Shown: positions 1 through 11,847 of the stretch, in pieces | Layout of the letters: each line of letters starts with the position of its first letter | Numbering within the stretch: the first letter of the stretch is position 1 | Source: Paramecium tetraurelia | Taxonomy: Eukaryota | Length of the DNA stretch: 64,000 bases | Reading direction: 5' to 3' | NCBI GenBank assembly: GCA_000165425.1 | Contig: CT868008.1 | Span: forward strand, 558,001-622,000 | Translations under genes and position numbers: made by a program | The notes under the pieces: model-generated | What the model saw: the letters and a program-made list of their open reading frames with translations, nothing else | Told to the model about the DNA's origin: nothing | The model's database searches: none

Positions 1-1401
1 AACTTTATGAATGAAATTCTTATTTATAAGTTAATCTTGCTAACATAATTTGATAAATTCACTAGTAAGATTATCGAATCCTTATTATTTATACACCAAA
101 TCTTTAATGCTATCTTAGTTGATAACAGCTGCTTTATATGCATCAGTTTACTCTAAAACATACCAAATGACTTCCTTTTGAGTATGTTTGGATAAAGATC
201 CTGATAAATAGTATTTAAAAATAGAGTATTAAACAGAGGTAATTTCAAAAGCCTTATGAAAATCTCTCATGGAATCCATCACATAATTAGTAGATTCTGC
301 TGATCCCAAAATAAATCCAAATATTCTGCTGAATTTGATTGCTTATTCCTCTTGCTTGGTTCCTTTAAATAATGGACTTAAAGAGAAATCTTCGAAGATT
401 TGACTATACATATTTTTAGCTATAATTCTGATGTTATCCTTAACATTTTATACAGACCGAGACTAGTGGATTAAATAAGGAAAGTACCTTAGAAACGATA
501 GCCCCTCTGTAGGATTCAACAGTTTAAGCACATTTGAAGACTGCCTCCATGTTTATCTTTAATGAAATCAAGTACTTAAGATATAGATATTTGAATCTAT
601 TGAACATTTGATCAGTTATATTTAGAGTAGAATGTAATTGCTTCAAGGTTTCAAAATGATAGGTAAGTTTATTGCCATTGCTTAGATCTATGAGTGATTT
701 AACCACTCCTTTCATTTCAATGACTTCTTTGAGAATTGGTCCTATGAGATCATCATCATTTAAAATAGAGCCTAATTCTTTGGTGTAATCATCCAATCCT
801 TCCATTTTTTCAAATTCACTATGACGAGTCATACCATTTTTTGATCTAAATAAAAGTAAATTAATTACTTTTTATCTTTAAATGATGAAATAATGTCTTT
901 GATTGATTTCCCAGCTGAAAATGGACATTGTTGTTATTGGACTGAAGATTAAGTTTACTATATTTATGATGCTTGATGATAATGTGATTTTTTTTAAGAA
1001 ACTAGATTGGTAATGATACTTGTGTTATCTTCTCTTTGAGTTTTTACACTGCCAGTAGATGATTTAGGATGATTTTTTATGGTGAATAATCTTTAAAAAT
1101 TTCGACTAGAACCAAGATCAAATTAAGTGGTCTCCTCAATTTATATTGTTTAATTTTTTTTCTTTTTATACTGCTAGGGTGTAAGTGATTTCTGCGCTGT
1201 ATTTACTCTTTCTGTGTCTATGTAATTAGCAGAACCTCCTTTCTTAACTTGCCAAAAATTATTCGACTGAGTAGAATCTAAGGAAGGCAATTTTTAGAAT
1301 AAATATTCTTTTCTGGAGGATTTAATATCTTTAGTTGATTTGCTGAAATTAGGTTGGCTAAAAGTATGTTATTACATTTCACCAGAATCTCTACGAATCA
1401 T
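1..1401 (-). CDS. Multi-domain truncated (2/2, group I-like) haemoglobin; at least 3 tandem globin domains; 3' end lies outside the window
   Basis: Code-6 translation: MIRRDSGEM..., a low-complexity N-terminus, QQQCPFSAG, then domain 1 (LKQLHSTLNITDQMF...QTVESYRGAIV), domain 2 (MYSQIFEDFSLSPLFKG...MRDFHKAFEIT...TDAYKAAVI) and the start of domain 3 (EFIKLCQQDQLINKNF). Introns at 846-868 and 463-487. Confidence 0.8.
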
Positions 1402-1451
1402 AAGAATTAGATAATTAATATTTAATAATAATTTGTTAAGTAATAATAATA

Positions 1452-2672
1452 TCATCTGAGAAATAAATTTTTACTGGAACACATCTCCTATTTATTTTGA
1501 TTATTTTGTTCTGTGCCCAGCCTCCAAAATATCAATGTCTCATCTCCTGCAGCCGAACACAGCATAGATTGATCAGGAGATATTCCTAAGTGCAAAACTC
1601 TCGATTTATGAGCCTGTAATTCCTATACTAATTTGGCTTACTAAATTTAATCAGCATTCCATATACTAATTTAAAATTTAGAAAAGCCATGAGATGATAT
1701 CAATTCTCTATATCTTGGCAAAAATTGCAGAGCACAAACTTGCGATCCTGTGTCAATGCTCTTAAAACAAGTGCCAGTATCAGCATTCCAAAATTTGATA
1801 GTTTTATCATTTGATCCACCTCCACTGACAAGAGTATTTTGTAACCAAGGACACCAGGCCATTGCTTTGACAGCAGCACAATGACCTTGGCAAGATTAAC
1901 GTAAGGACATTTATCGTCTATCCCAAAGCAATAATTAATTATCATTTGCTCCACTACTCAAAGTACTACCAGACGAATTCCATTTCAATCCACAAACCTC
2001 TTAGGTATGTTTCTAGAATACTCCAACTACATTATTATTCTTCTCTCTGAGATCATGATTGAAAATCACATTATCTCTACCTGAACTTGACAACAAATCG
2101 AAACTACTACTCATTGTTGACACTCTTTCATTATGATAATATAACTAAGTTATTGTTTAAGAGGAACAAACATCAACTATCTTTATAGAAGCATCATCGA
2201 ATCCTATGCCCAGAATATGGTCATTAATCCAATTAACTGATGTCACATTTGAGGTTGCTTATAAAAGTTGTTCGATATGTTCTATTATATTAATAAATTT
2301 GCTTTACAATTCGAAGCATTCCATAAGTACACTTTGTTTTGCAATCCCACTGACAATACATTGTTGTTTCCCCATTCCAATATATTCAGATAAAAATCAT
2401 CTGCAATGTCTGGAGCATCTAGAATCTTCTCTGGAATTGCACTGATTTATCTAACTATTTGTTGTTAAGGCAATTTGTATTAATTATGTAACTAATCTAG
2501 GAAGGAAATTGGAAAATTCTGTTATTATTTGCCGTTTCCAAAATTTAAGACTTTTTCTTCGTTTATGTGATACATCAACTAAATTCTAAATATATTGTAC
2601 GTCGTTGTAGTTTGATTATGTGTGTGATTGATATAGTAATTTCGATTTACTTTTTGGTATAAATCGATCCAT
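1452..2672 (-). CDS. CDC20: APC/C co-activator Cdc20/Fizzy (WD40)
   Basis: C-box MDRFIP; PEKILDAPDIADDFYLNILEW; AVKAMAWCPW; ELISSHGFS; SAAGDETLIFW; C-terminal LR tail. Intronless, 407 codons. Confidence 0.93.
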
Positions 2673-2861
2673 ATATCCGTTAATTTAATAATAAATATTA
2701 ATACAATTATTTCTTTAATAAACTCATTTATTTCTAAAATTGAACTTGTGTTATTCTTAATTTTGTGTACCAAGGTTTTCATGTCCTCGGAGACTGTTAT
2801 AAATATTAATTTTATTTTGGTTAGACAATTTATTAATAAAAATATTTAATAAATTATAAAT

Positions 2862-3501
2862 ATGAGTAATGCTAAGTATTTAATTTTTCAATTCCCTTAG
2901 ATCAGATGGAGAGAATCCAAAATATATGATGGGAGATGAACCTGTGAGATTTTAAAATTATGTAGGAGGATAGGATGAACAACAAGGTATTTTCATATTC
3001 AAATCTCAGTCCCATAATAGGATCAAAATTTAGAATATTACAACGAGTACCTGAGATTATATATAGCCAATGTAGTCCTAACAAACCAGGTAAAATTTGA
3101 AACTTATAATAGTTAAAAGAACTCTTGAATGAGAAGAATGAACTAGTCAATAAATTAAACAAATTAGAAGTAATTTTTAATACCACCCTAATTCTAGCGT
3201 CGAAATCAAGAGCTAAATTCGAATGTGGAAGAAACAGGAGAAGAGAGAAAGAAAAGGTTGAGGAGACCAGCACAAGAAATTGAAAGACACTTTACTTGTC
3301 CAGTCGAAAATTGCCAAAAAAAATACGGGTATTTAAGATAAAATTTATCAATTAAATAGAGCTGAAGGATCTCTCAATTAACACATCAAACTTAAACATC
3401 CAGAACTAGTAAAGGACAGAGCATTTTATAAATCTAATGAGTAATCACAACAATAAGGAGAGCCAGAATCGTTGTCAGACCCAAAAGAGGAGTAAAATTG
3501 A
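2862..3501 (+). CDS. C2H2 zinc-finger protein
   Basis: RRRPAQEIERHFTCPVENCQKKYGAEGSLNQHIKLKH after removing two tiny introns. Confidence 0.85.
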
Positions 3502-3716
3502 TGACGAATAATTAAATAATTATTAGTTATTTTTATCTTTTCAATTCGAAATCCTTCCACAAGTCAAATCAAATATATATCCAATATTTATTTTCAAACA
3601 TTTAAATAATAATAAACCAAAAATTATATAATTTGGATAAATTAATAAAATGACACATATGTGTTGTGAATAATTTAAAATATATAAATTAAATTGAAAT
3701 TTAATTACGATAATAA

Positions 3717-4482
3717 ATGAATATTGTACAAAGTTCCTTCATTCAATTTTTAAAACTAGGTACTATCCCAAACCACGTAGGTGTGATTATGGATGGTAAT
3801 CGGTATTTTATATGTTAGATGTAGACGATATGCTAGATAAAGGAGAATAGAGTCAACTGAAGGTCACATCTAAGGATATCAATCTTTCTTGAATTTACTT
3901 TAATGGAGTTAAAAACTAGGAATCCGAGAAATTAGTGTGTTTGCATTCAGCATTGAGAATTATAATAGATAAAAAGAAGAAGTACAATTTCTAATGCAAT
4001 TAATGAAATAAAAAATACATCATTTGCAACATGATCTTAATTTTATAGACAAAAATCAAGTTAACTTTAAATGCTGCGGAGACCTCGATTTCTTATAAGA
4101 TCAAGAGCTAAAAGAAAAACTATAAGAACTTGAAAACTATAGTTCTAAATATTCTTAATACAAGTAAGATTCAAACATAATTATCTATAGACTTAACCTA
4201 TGCTTCTCTTATAATTTTACAAATGAATTAGACAAAGCAATATAATCGATGCCTAAAGGCTTATCTAAAAATGAATTTTTTTAGAACTTAAATTCTCATT
4301 TAATGGTATTGAACTCTCCTGATATTCTCTTAAGAACATCTGGGGAAACAAGACTGAGCAATTTCTTACTCTATTAAATAAGAGAAAAAACCGTAATTCA
4401 CTTTATTGATAAGAAATGGCCAGAACTATCATTTCTAGATTTTTGTAATATGATTTTATTCTATAGAAAAAATAAAATTTGA
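3717..4482 (+). CDS. DHDDS: cis-prenyltransferase (dehydrodolichyl diphosphate synthase)
   Basis: IPNHVGVIMDGNRRYA, VFAFSIENYNR, PDILLRTSGETRLSNFLL; two introns. Confidence 0.9.
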
Positions 4483-4528
4483 TTGATTGTTTTAAAATAT
4501 TAATTTTCTGTAACAATAGTAATGGTAA

Positions 4529-6290
4529 TCAATAATAGATTAATTGTGCAACAGTCATAAATGTTCGAGTTTGTTATCTCAAAGCTACAATGAATTCTGA
4601 TTACCCTAAATTGTTTAAGCATTTTGACATCTAAGTTAAAAATGAAGATAAATACATTATGAATCTATAAATCATTTCCAATCTTTAGTTTACATGACAT
4701 TACTTTATTTTGCATCCAATTAATCCAATAAATGGAGCCATCAAATCCTACAAGAATAATTATAGTAAGCAGAGTACTTCCAAGAACTGATTACATTGTT
4801 CTTAGTCCATAACTTTCAGATACATCGATAATTTTAATTGCGTTACCTGTTTTCCAGTTCCAAAGAGTAACATAATTATTTAATAGAGTCACAATTACAT
4901 AATCGATTCCTTCGACATCCTTTTATGACTTCAGATAGTTTTTCTCTTGAGGACTCAACTTAAATATTGTGAAATAAACTTCACAATGCTCTGTAAGTCC
5001 AAGTTTATGTGACAACGATTCATCATCCCAAATTCTAGATAAAGGTTGCGATTAAAAGAGACTTCTAATGGCCAATTTTACTTAATTTTTTTAATAGGAA
5101 CACAAAAGTAAGTCAAAAATTGAATCAAAACCATGACTAGTAGAAAATTTAAGCGCATTTTTTGATTCTGGTAAAATCTACACTTGCAATATACCTTACC
5201 CATATGTAAATTCATAGAGATAGTTATTAGAGAGTGGATTCACTTTTATTATCCCCTTGCTATCAAGTGTCAGTATGCAAGTTTCATGTCCCTTACTATA
5301 TAAATTATACTTATTAATGAAAAGAATTTGCTATATTGGATTTATTGAAGCATTTTGCAAAGTTTTTATTTTTCGAAAATTTGAATACATATGTATATAT
5401 GTTGGTTCTTACCATTTAACAATTAATTATAAATTTTGATCTATATGATGTGCCAAATAGAAATCATTTTACTAGCATTAATGGAGGATTCCAACAAATT
5501 TATAGCTATGATTATATTAGACTATTTAGTTTTGATTTAAGACACATATTATCTTGCTTTTAGATTAAAATATCTCATCCACCGTCATATTTTTAAGTAT
5601 GTTTTGTATATTAAAGGAGTGGCTGTTTTAACCTTGAACTATGTTCCAACTGAAAGTGGCATGGTTTTTGAAAGGTAGTTATGAGTATTTGATTGGTAAA
5701 TATGAATCAAAATCATTTAATCTTGCTAGATGACCCAGAACTCTACTTTTAAATTGGTGAAAACCATGTAAATCTATTTGGATTAAATCTAAATAATTAT
5801 GATTGGCTCCATCATTAGTGATGTAAGTATAAATATTTTAAATTTCTGAATTGCCTGATATTTTAATTGAGTAATCTTTTATTATCTAATCGAATGACTC
5901 TTTAGAATAAATGCCAGTTGAATATTTTTGAAAAGCTAATCCTAATTCCTATAAATTATAGATTGAATCTACTCTCTATCTTAAGTACTCTACATTTTTT
6001 AGAGCATTTTCAGCCAGGATTCTTAGTTTTTCATTAAAATATTTCTATACTTCCCCTAATTTTAAAGTAATTTCTCCTAAAAATGTGTCAAATATATATT
6101 GCAATTATTATTCTATCTCAAAAGAATTTATTTCAGTTTAGCTATTCTATTTGAGAAATTCAAGAACAGGTTTGATTTTTGATTCGGCCCATTTAGGTTA
6201 AATTGTTGTAATCTTCTTATTTAAATCCTGGACAGGAATCTGTATAAGCATTGAAATAATACTAAAAAATGATTTGAAGGATGTTAACAT
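4529..6290 (-). CDS. Hypothetical protein; helical N-terminus and probable beta-rich C-terminus
   Basis: Long code-6 frame from MLTSFKSFF with a 25-nt intron near 4630-4655. No family motif recognised; ends are approximate. Confidence 0.55.
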
Positions 6291-7166
6291 AAATCACAAA
6301 CTAGTCTTTTTTTGCATCCTTCTGACAAACATATAAGTGAAAATTGTTTTTCAATATGGTATTCACAATTCATAAAATAATTGTATAAATTAATAATACT
6401 TATTATAAAAAATTGATTTGACATAATAAATGTCTTTTATTTAATTCATTCAATCATTTTCATTCAAAATATTTGCAACACTATTTTGAGATGATTCATT
6501 TTCCTATTTGCTATGCTTTTTTAATAGTTAGCAGTATATTTAAGCAATTTTATACAAAAATTTATAATTTATAAAATATTCTTCTATTTTAGTCTTCTCT
6601 TTTAACTATGATATCAATTTAGTTGCAAATAGGAATTTATTTCAATTCTCATTTGGATCATGTAAATAAATTTTTCCTATTGAATCATTTTATTCATCCA
6701 TATGTTATATCAGATCTTTCTCAATTGATTCCTTTTTAAGTTATTTACTTTACACTGTTTATCATTTATGATCCAGTTATACACTTGGATAAATAACAAT
6801 CCAATTTATCAATGAAAGTTTTATAAAATATTATTATTCCAATAAAATTATCTTAGTAAGATGAATTTATAAACAATAGATTATACTCTCTGATATAATT
6901 TGAAAAAAGAATCATTATGGATGATCAATTTAGCATAGATAATTTGAATTAGCTATCTATTTGGATTCCGAATAATTTTGACATATTAAATTTTCTTTAT
7001 ATTTTAAATTATTTTACATTACTTTTAGCATTAATTGCCTCTTTTTTAAATATAAAAGAATAAAAAATGCAAACTCTCTTGAAGAATGTCAAAAATGGAT
7101 TTGCTTTTAATTATATAAAATTCTTAATTTTGTATTAGATTTTTTATTAATATCTATTATAATTGC

Positions 7167-7420
7167 TCAATCGCTTTCGATTGTAAACATTCTCAAGGTA
7201 CCTAGTGCTACACTTCCTAAAAATTAATAGAATTCTTCCTAAGAATATTGTAAAGCTACATTACTTCTGTTTTGAATGAATCCTCTTATTATAAGTGTCT
7301 TCTATAATTTCTGATTGGTCTGAGAACATTTCTTTCAAGTTTTCTATTGAATGGTGGAACAAATAAGTATCCAACAGTCACTGCACCTGCTGTTCCTAAT
7401 GCTATCTTAGCCAATACCAT
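7167..7420 (-). CDS. Small (75 aa) membrane-anchored protein
   Basis: MVLAKIALGTAGAVTVGYLFVPPFNRKLERNVLRPIRNY...EFYQFLGSVALGTLRMFTIESD after removing a 26-nt GTA..TAG intron. Confidence 0.65.
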
Positions 7421-7461
7421 TTTATTAATAAAATATATAAATAATAATAATTAAATGTTAT

Positions 7462-7775
7462 TCATTTTTCTTCTATTTTAGCCATAATTCTTAAGACCTT
7501 CTCAATTAATGCTTGAAATTCATTTTCTGAAACCTTGCCATCTGAATTCTCATCTAATTCTTTTAATATTTCATCCATTTCTTCTGATGATGGTCTTTCA
7601 ATTTTTAAAGTGTCCGCACAATTATTTAAAATTGAAATTAATTCCCTCAAATTATGTGTACAATTATTTACTTCCTCTCCAAAAAACCACTGTCATCCTC
7701 ATCCAAGGCATTGAAAGCAACTTTTGTGATTTTTTTAACTTTTTAAGTGTTATTTAGAATTTCTCTAAAACTCAT
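7462..7775 (-). CDS. Two-EF-hand calcium-binding protein (95 aa)
   Basis: Loops DEDDSGFLERKE and DENSDGKVSENE; intron at 7646-7671. Confidence 0.9.
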
Positions 7776-7797
7776 TATAATAATTAATTAATTATTT

Positions 7798-10306
7798 ATG
7801 GTAAAAGCCTATTTTGGATATAAATTTGAGACCCTATTTGGCAGTATTGGCAACAATGGAGGAGTAATAATAAATGATATCGCATATACAATAGTAGATT
7901 AGTATTTGCTTTTGCTAAATATCAAGACTCAAGAGATTATTTAATAAATAGTAATTGAAGGCAAGAACATAAAAACAACTAAAATCGCAATAAAAGACAA
8001 CACGTTGGCAATAGGATATCATGACGGTGAAATAGTTATATATAATCTGATTGATAATGAAATTTAATGCAGATTTTTTAATCATTAGAGTGAAATAACA
8101 TAACTAGTATTTTTGAGTGAAGCTGTTTTAATAAGTGGAAGTTGCGACACATCTATTATTGTTTGGGATCTAGCAGATTAATAATTATAATTTAGATTGA
8201 TAGGACATTCAAATTAAATTACTGCCTTAGACATAATTAGCCTTGAAGATTAAAGTCTGGCAATAACTTAATAATTTATCGTATCAGGTAGCAAAGATGG
8301 ACTAGTCAAAATATGGGATTTGAATTTAGAATGCTCAATAGCCACTCTATCCAGTATGCATAGTGAAGTCACATGTTTATGCGTTTATGAAAATTATTTG
8401 CTTATCTGCACTAACTCTGATGAAGTTCTTATTAAATCATGTTAATTGATTTCAGGCAAGTGTCAGATTGATAATGATGGCATTATTAAAAGATAATCCT
8501 TTATTAGAGCAGTCTAATGCCAATATGTTTAATAAAAATTATTGATTCTAAGTAAAATTGTTAAATATTTTAGATAACGAAAAGAAAATTGAGGTTTATA
8601 AATCAAAATAAGGAAAGAAGCTATAAAAAGCTGAAAACTTTAGTCAATCCTTAATTTATAGCACTGTAATATCTTAATTGAATAAGATTGTATATTTTTA
8701 AGCAATAGTATTTAAAAACCTATTGAAAATATATATATTCACATCAGACAATTAAATAGTAATCAAAGAATTAAATAATGATAATGTGGATGAAAATAAT
8801 AATATATCAATTTCATAGATTACAGGACAAATCAAATAAATTAAATTAACCTAAAATGATCATAAATTGGTAGTAATTGCATCAAATAAATGTTATTAAT
8901 TTGATAATGAAACTGCTTAATAGGTGAACTGTCTCAATAATACAAGTAATTTAACTTCTTTATGCATTTTGCCAAAAAATAAATACTTTATGGTAGGGGA
9001 TGAATAAGGAACCTTATATTTGGTAGATATGAATCAAAATGAAATTGTTTTTGAATAGAAAACTCATAATTCAAATATTAACAGTATCGAATGCCATGAG
9101 AATTGTAAGGCATTTAATGGTTTAGTAATAATGACTACTGAAATAGATAAAAAAGTGAACTTTGTAGAGTTATTTTTTAATAAAACATAAAAATGCTTGG
9201 AATTCTAAGTGGTTAACACAATCTATTTAAAGGAAAATATTAGAAGTGCCTAATTTTCATATGATGGAAATTATTATGCATTTGCCCAAATGAATAATAT
9301 CGTATCAATCTATTACTGTGACTCTCATAAATTGTACCTTGAATTATATGGGCATTCATTACCAGTTTTAACTTTTGCTTATACTTCAGATGATACAATA
9401 GTAATATCAGCAGGTGCAGATAAAAGTATTAAATTATGGGCGACTGATTTCGGAAATTGTAAGAAAACCCTTAAAGCTCATACAGCAGAGGTGATTTAAA
9501 TAAAAACAGTAAATGACACTCACTATTTCTTTAGTGGATGCAAAGACAATATCATTAAATATTGGGACGGAGATACATATTAATTAATATTGCAATTTAA
9601 TGAAGCTTTAGCTGGAATATAATCAATGGTTGTTGGATGTATTGGAGATTTGTTTTATTCAGCTACAAAAAATGGAGTTATTAGAAAATATGTTCAAACC
9701 AAAGAATAAATTTTTGTTTCGGAAGAGGAGGAAAAGAGATTGTAAGAATCTCTGATGTAAGAATTATAAAATAAGAATAAACAATAAACTGGATTTGATT
9801 AAGGCTTAGATTAAGTCAAAAAAGATTTAACATTAGTATAGATTGGATAATAAAAGCTATTGGAAACTGAATAATTAATGGACATTTTGGAAAAGATTAA
9901 ATAATATAGAGAAACTATAGATTAAGGTGAAATTCCAAATGAAGATCTATTCTACAATAAAAATGTCACTGAATATTTATTTGATAATCTCTAAAATTCA
10001 GATTTGAGTTCTCTTATGAAATTTCTGCATCATCAACATTTGGTAACTTTAATTGATGAAATGAATTAAGATATTGCATTAAAATAATATCCCATAATAA
10101 TTAATAAGTTAATCACTTATATCTTTAATAAGGTTGATGGATTTGGATTCAATTCGCATGAAATAATGATGAAAGTGATAAATATTAGAACATAATTACA
10201 AATATATTTTAAGAAGGAAAAGAAGATTGCTGGATACAATCTTGACATTCTCAATTTAATGATATAAGACATAAGTAAAAACTAGGATGATTTTGTTTTT
10301 GAATGA
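7798..10306 (+). CDS. UTP12: SSU processome WD40 protein Utp12/Dip2/WDR3
   Basis: N-terminus MVKAYFGYKFETLFGSIG; LYGHSLPVLTFAYTSDDTIVISAGADKSIKLWATDFGNCKKTLKAH and THYFFSGCKDNIIKYWDGD match WDR3-family motifs. Confidence 0.88.
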
Positions 10307-10397
10307 TTGACTTATATGTTTATAAATTGATGATGTGGATAATTTCATGTAATATAAATTTTTATTATTCAAAAATAAAAGAAATGAAATAAAAATA

Positions 10398-11817
10398 ATG
10401 TATTTAATTATTCTTGTAGTGCTGATTAAATGCATGCTGATTAATTTATAGTAAACAATATGAATATATCTTTAGTTACAGCACCGATTTTGATGTACAT
10501 AGAAATTGGATGAGAGTCACCACAGAATAACCAATTAATTAATGGTATTATGATGAATAATCCATTTGGACACTTGATTATCCTCCTTTGTTTGCTTATT
10601 TGGAATATCTTTTTGGCAAAATAGCAATATTGCTCGGAATTGACTTATACAATATCACAGATTCATTGGTCTGGTTCTAAAGAATTACTGTAATAGTATC
10701 GGAGTTTCTATACTTTTTTGCAGTCAAAAAGCAATAAAAATCATTTACAAAATAATTCATTGATATGATTCCTTTCGGATGCCTACTAATTGATAGTATC
10801 AATATTGTTATACTTAGATATACATTTCTAATACAATGGATTCTTATATGGTATTTTGTTGTTTATTTGTTATAAATTACAACAATAACAATATCTACAA
10901 GCCTCTCTATTGTACGTTATATTGCTTAGCTTTAAACACATATACATCTACGTATTGCCAGCTTTTGGAGTTATTTTGTTGAAGAATTGTCAAATTAAGC
11001 AAATCATCTCAATAGGGATTTTATCAGCATCATTGCTACTAGTCATCTTTTTACCTTTTTATTAGGACATCTTTTAAATATTGAAAAGGTTATTTCCTTT
11101 TCAAAGAGGACTTGTTCATGCTTATTGGGCTTAAAACTTTTGGAGTATATATTGTGCAGCAGATAAAGTTTTAGGAGCTATCCTTAAAATCAATAAAGCT
11201 TCAACTGCTTCTGGTGTTGTTTAAGAAACAGTGTTTAATGTGCTGCCTTCAATAGGGAATATAACAACTTTAATAATTATTGGATCTTTGTGTTTGGTAT
11301 CAAATTAATAAATGTTAGTTGTTGTTTAGAAAAAAGTACAAGAATGTGTATGACATCTTCACAATATCTTCTTTAATATTCTTCAATTTTGGGTATCATG
11401 TTCATGAGAAAGCTGTAATGATTCCAATAATTTTACAATTTGTATAAATGAAGAACCCAAACTTAATGTTTATGGCTTCATTTATAAACGGCATAGCATT
11501 GTTGCCATTGATTCCTACTTCATATGGTAATGATGATAATTAATTTAGAATAACCAATACTAATAATTTTGCTAATTATCTTTCATACAGTATTTTATGC
11601 TGAATATTAAATCACATTAAACAATGCAGAAAAATTATATCTATATGCTGGAGGCCTGGTTATTTTTTACGATCGTTTCCTCCATCATTTGATTTTTGAA
11701 GGGAGATTAGAATTTTTGCCCTTGATTACATATTCCTTATATGGTAGTTTGTTTAACTAATACTGGCTCATAAAGTAACTAAGACAGAAAGATGATTATT
11801 ATGTAAAATTGTGTTGA
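10398..11817 (+). CDS. ALG8: Dol-P-Glc alpha-1,3-glucosyltransferase (ALG6/ALG8 family, ALG8-like)
   Basis: YYSTDFDVHRNW, WTLDYPPLFAY, RLFPFQRGLVHAYWAQNFW, FGYHVHEKAV; multiple TM segments. Confidence 0.9.
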
Positions 11818-11847
11818 ATTATATCAATATTATAAATATTTATAAAA

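Noticed and set aside
2579..2782. ORF-track ATG at 2782 as the CDC20 start
   Set aside because: It is in a different frame; the C-box frame begins at the ATG at 2672.
6450..7050. Additional minus-strand gene
   Set aside because: I could not build a consistent frame even allowing tiny introns; it may be a decayed remnant.
3717..11817. Dolichol-pathway cluster (DHDDS plus ALG8)
   Set aside because: The two genes are separated by several unrelated genes; chance proximity is likely in a gene-dense genome.
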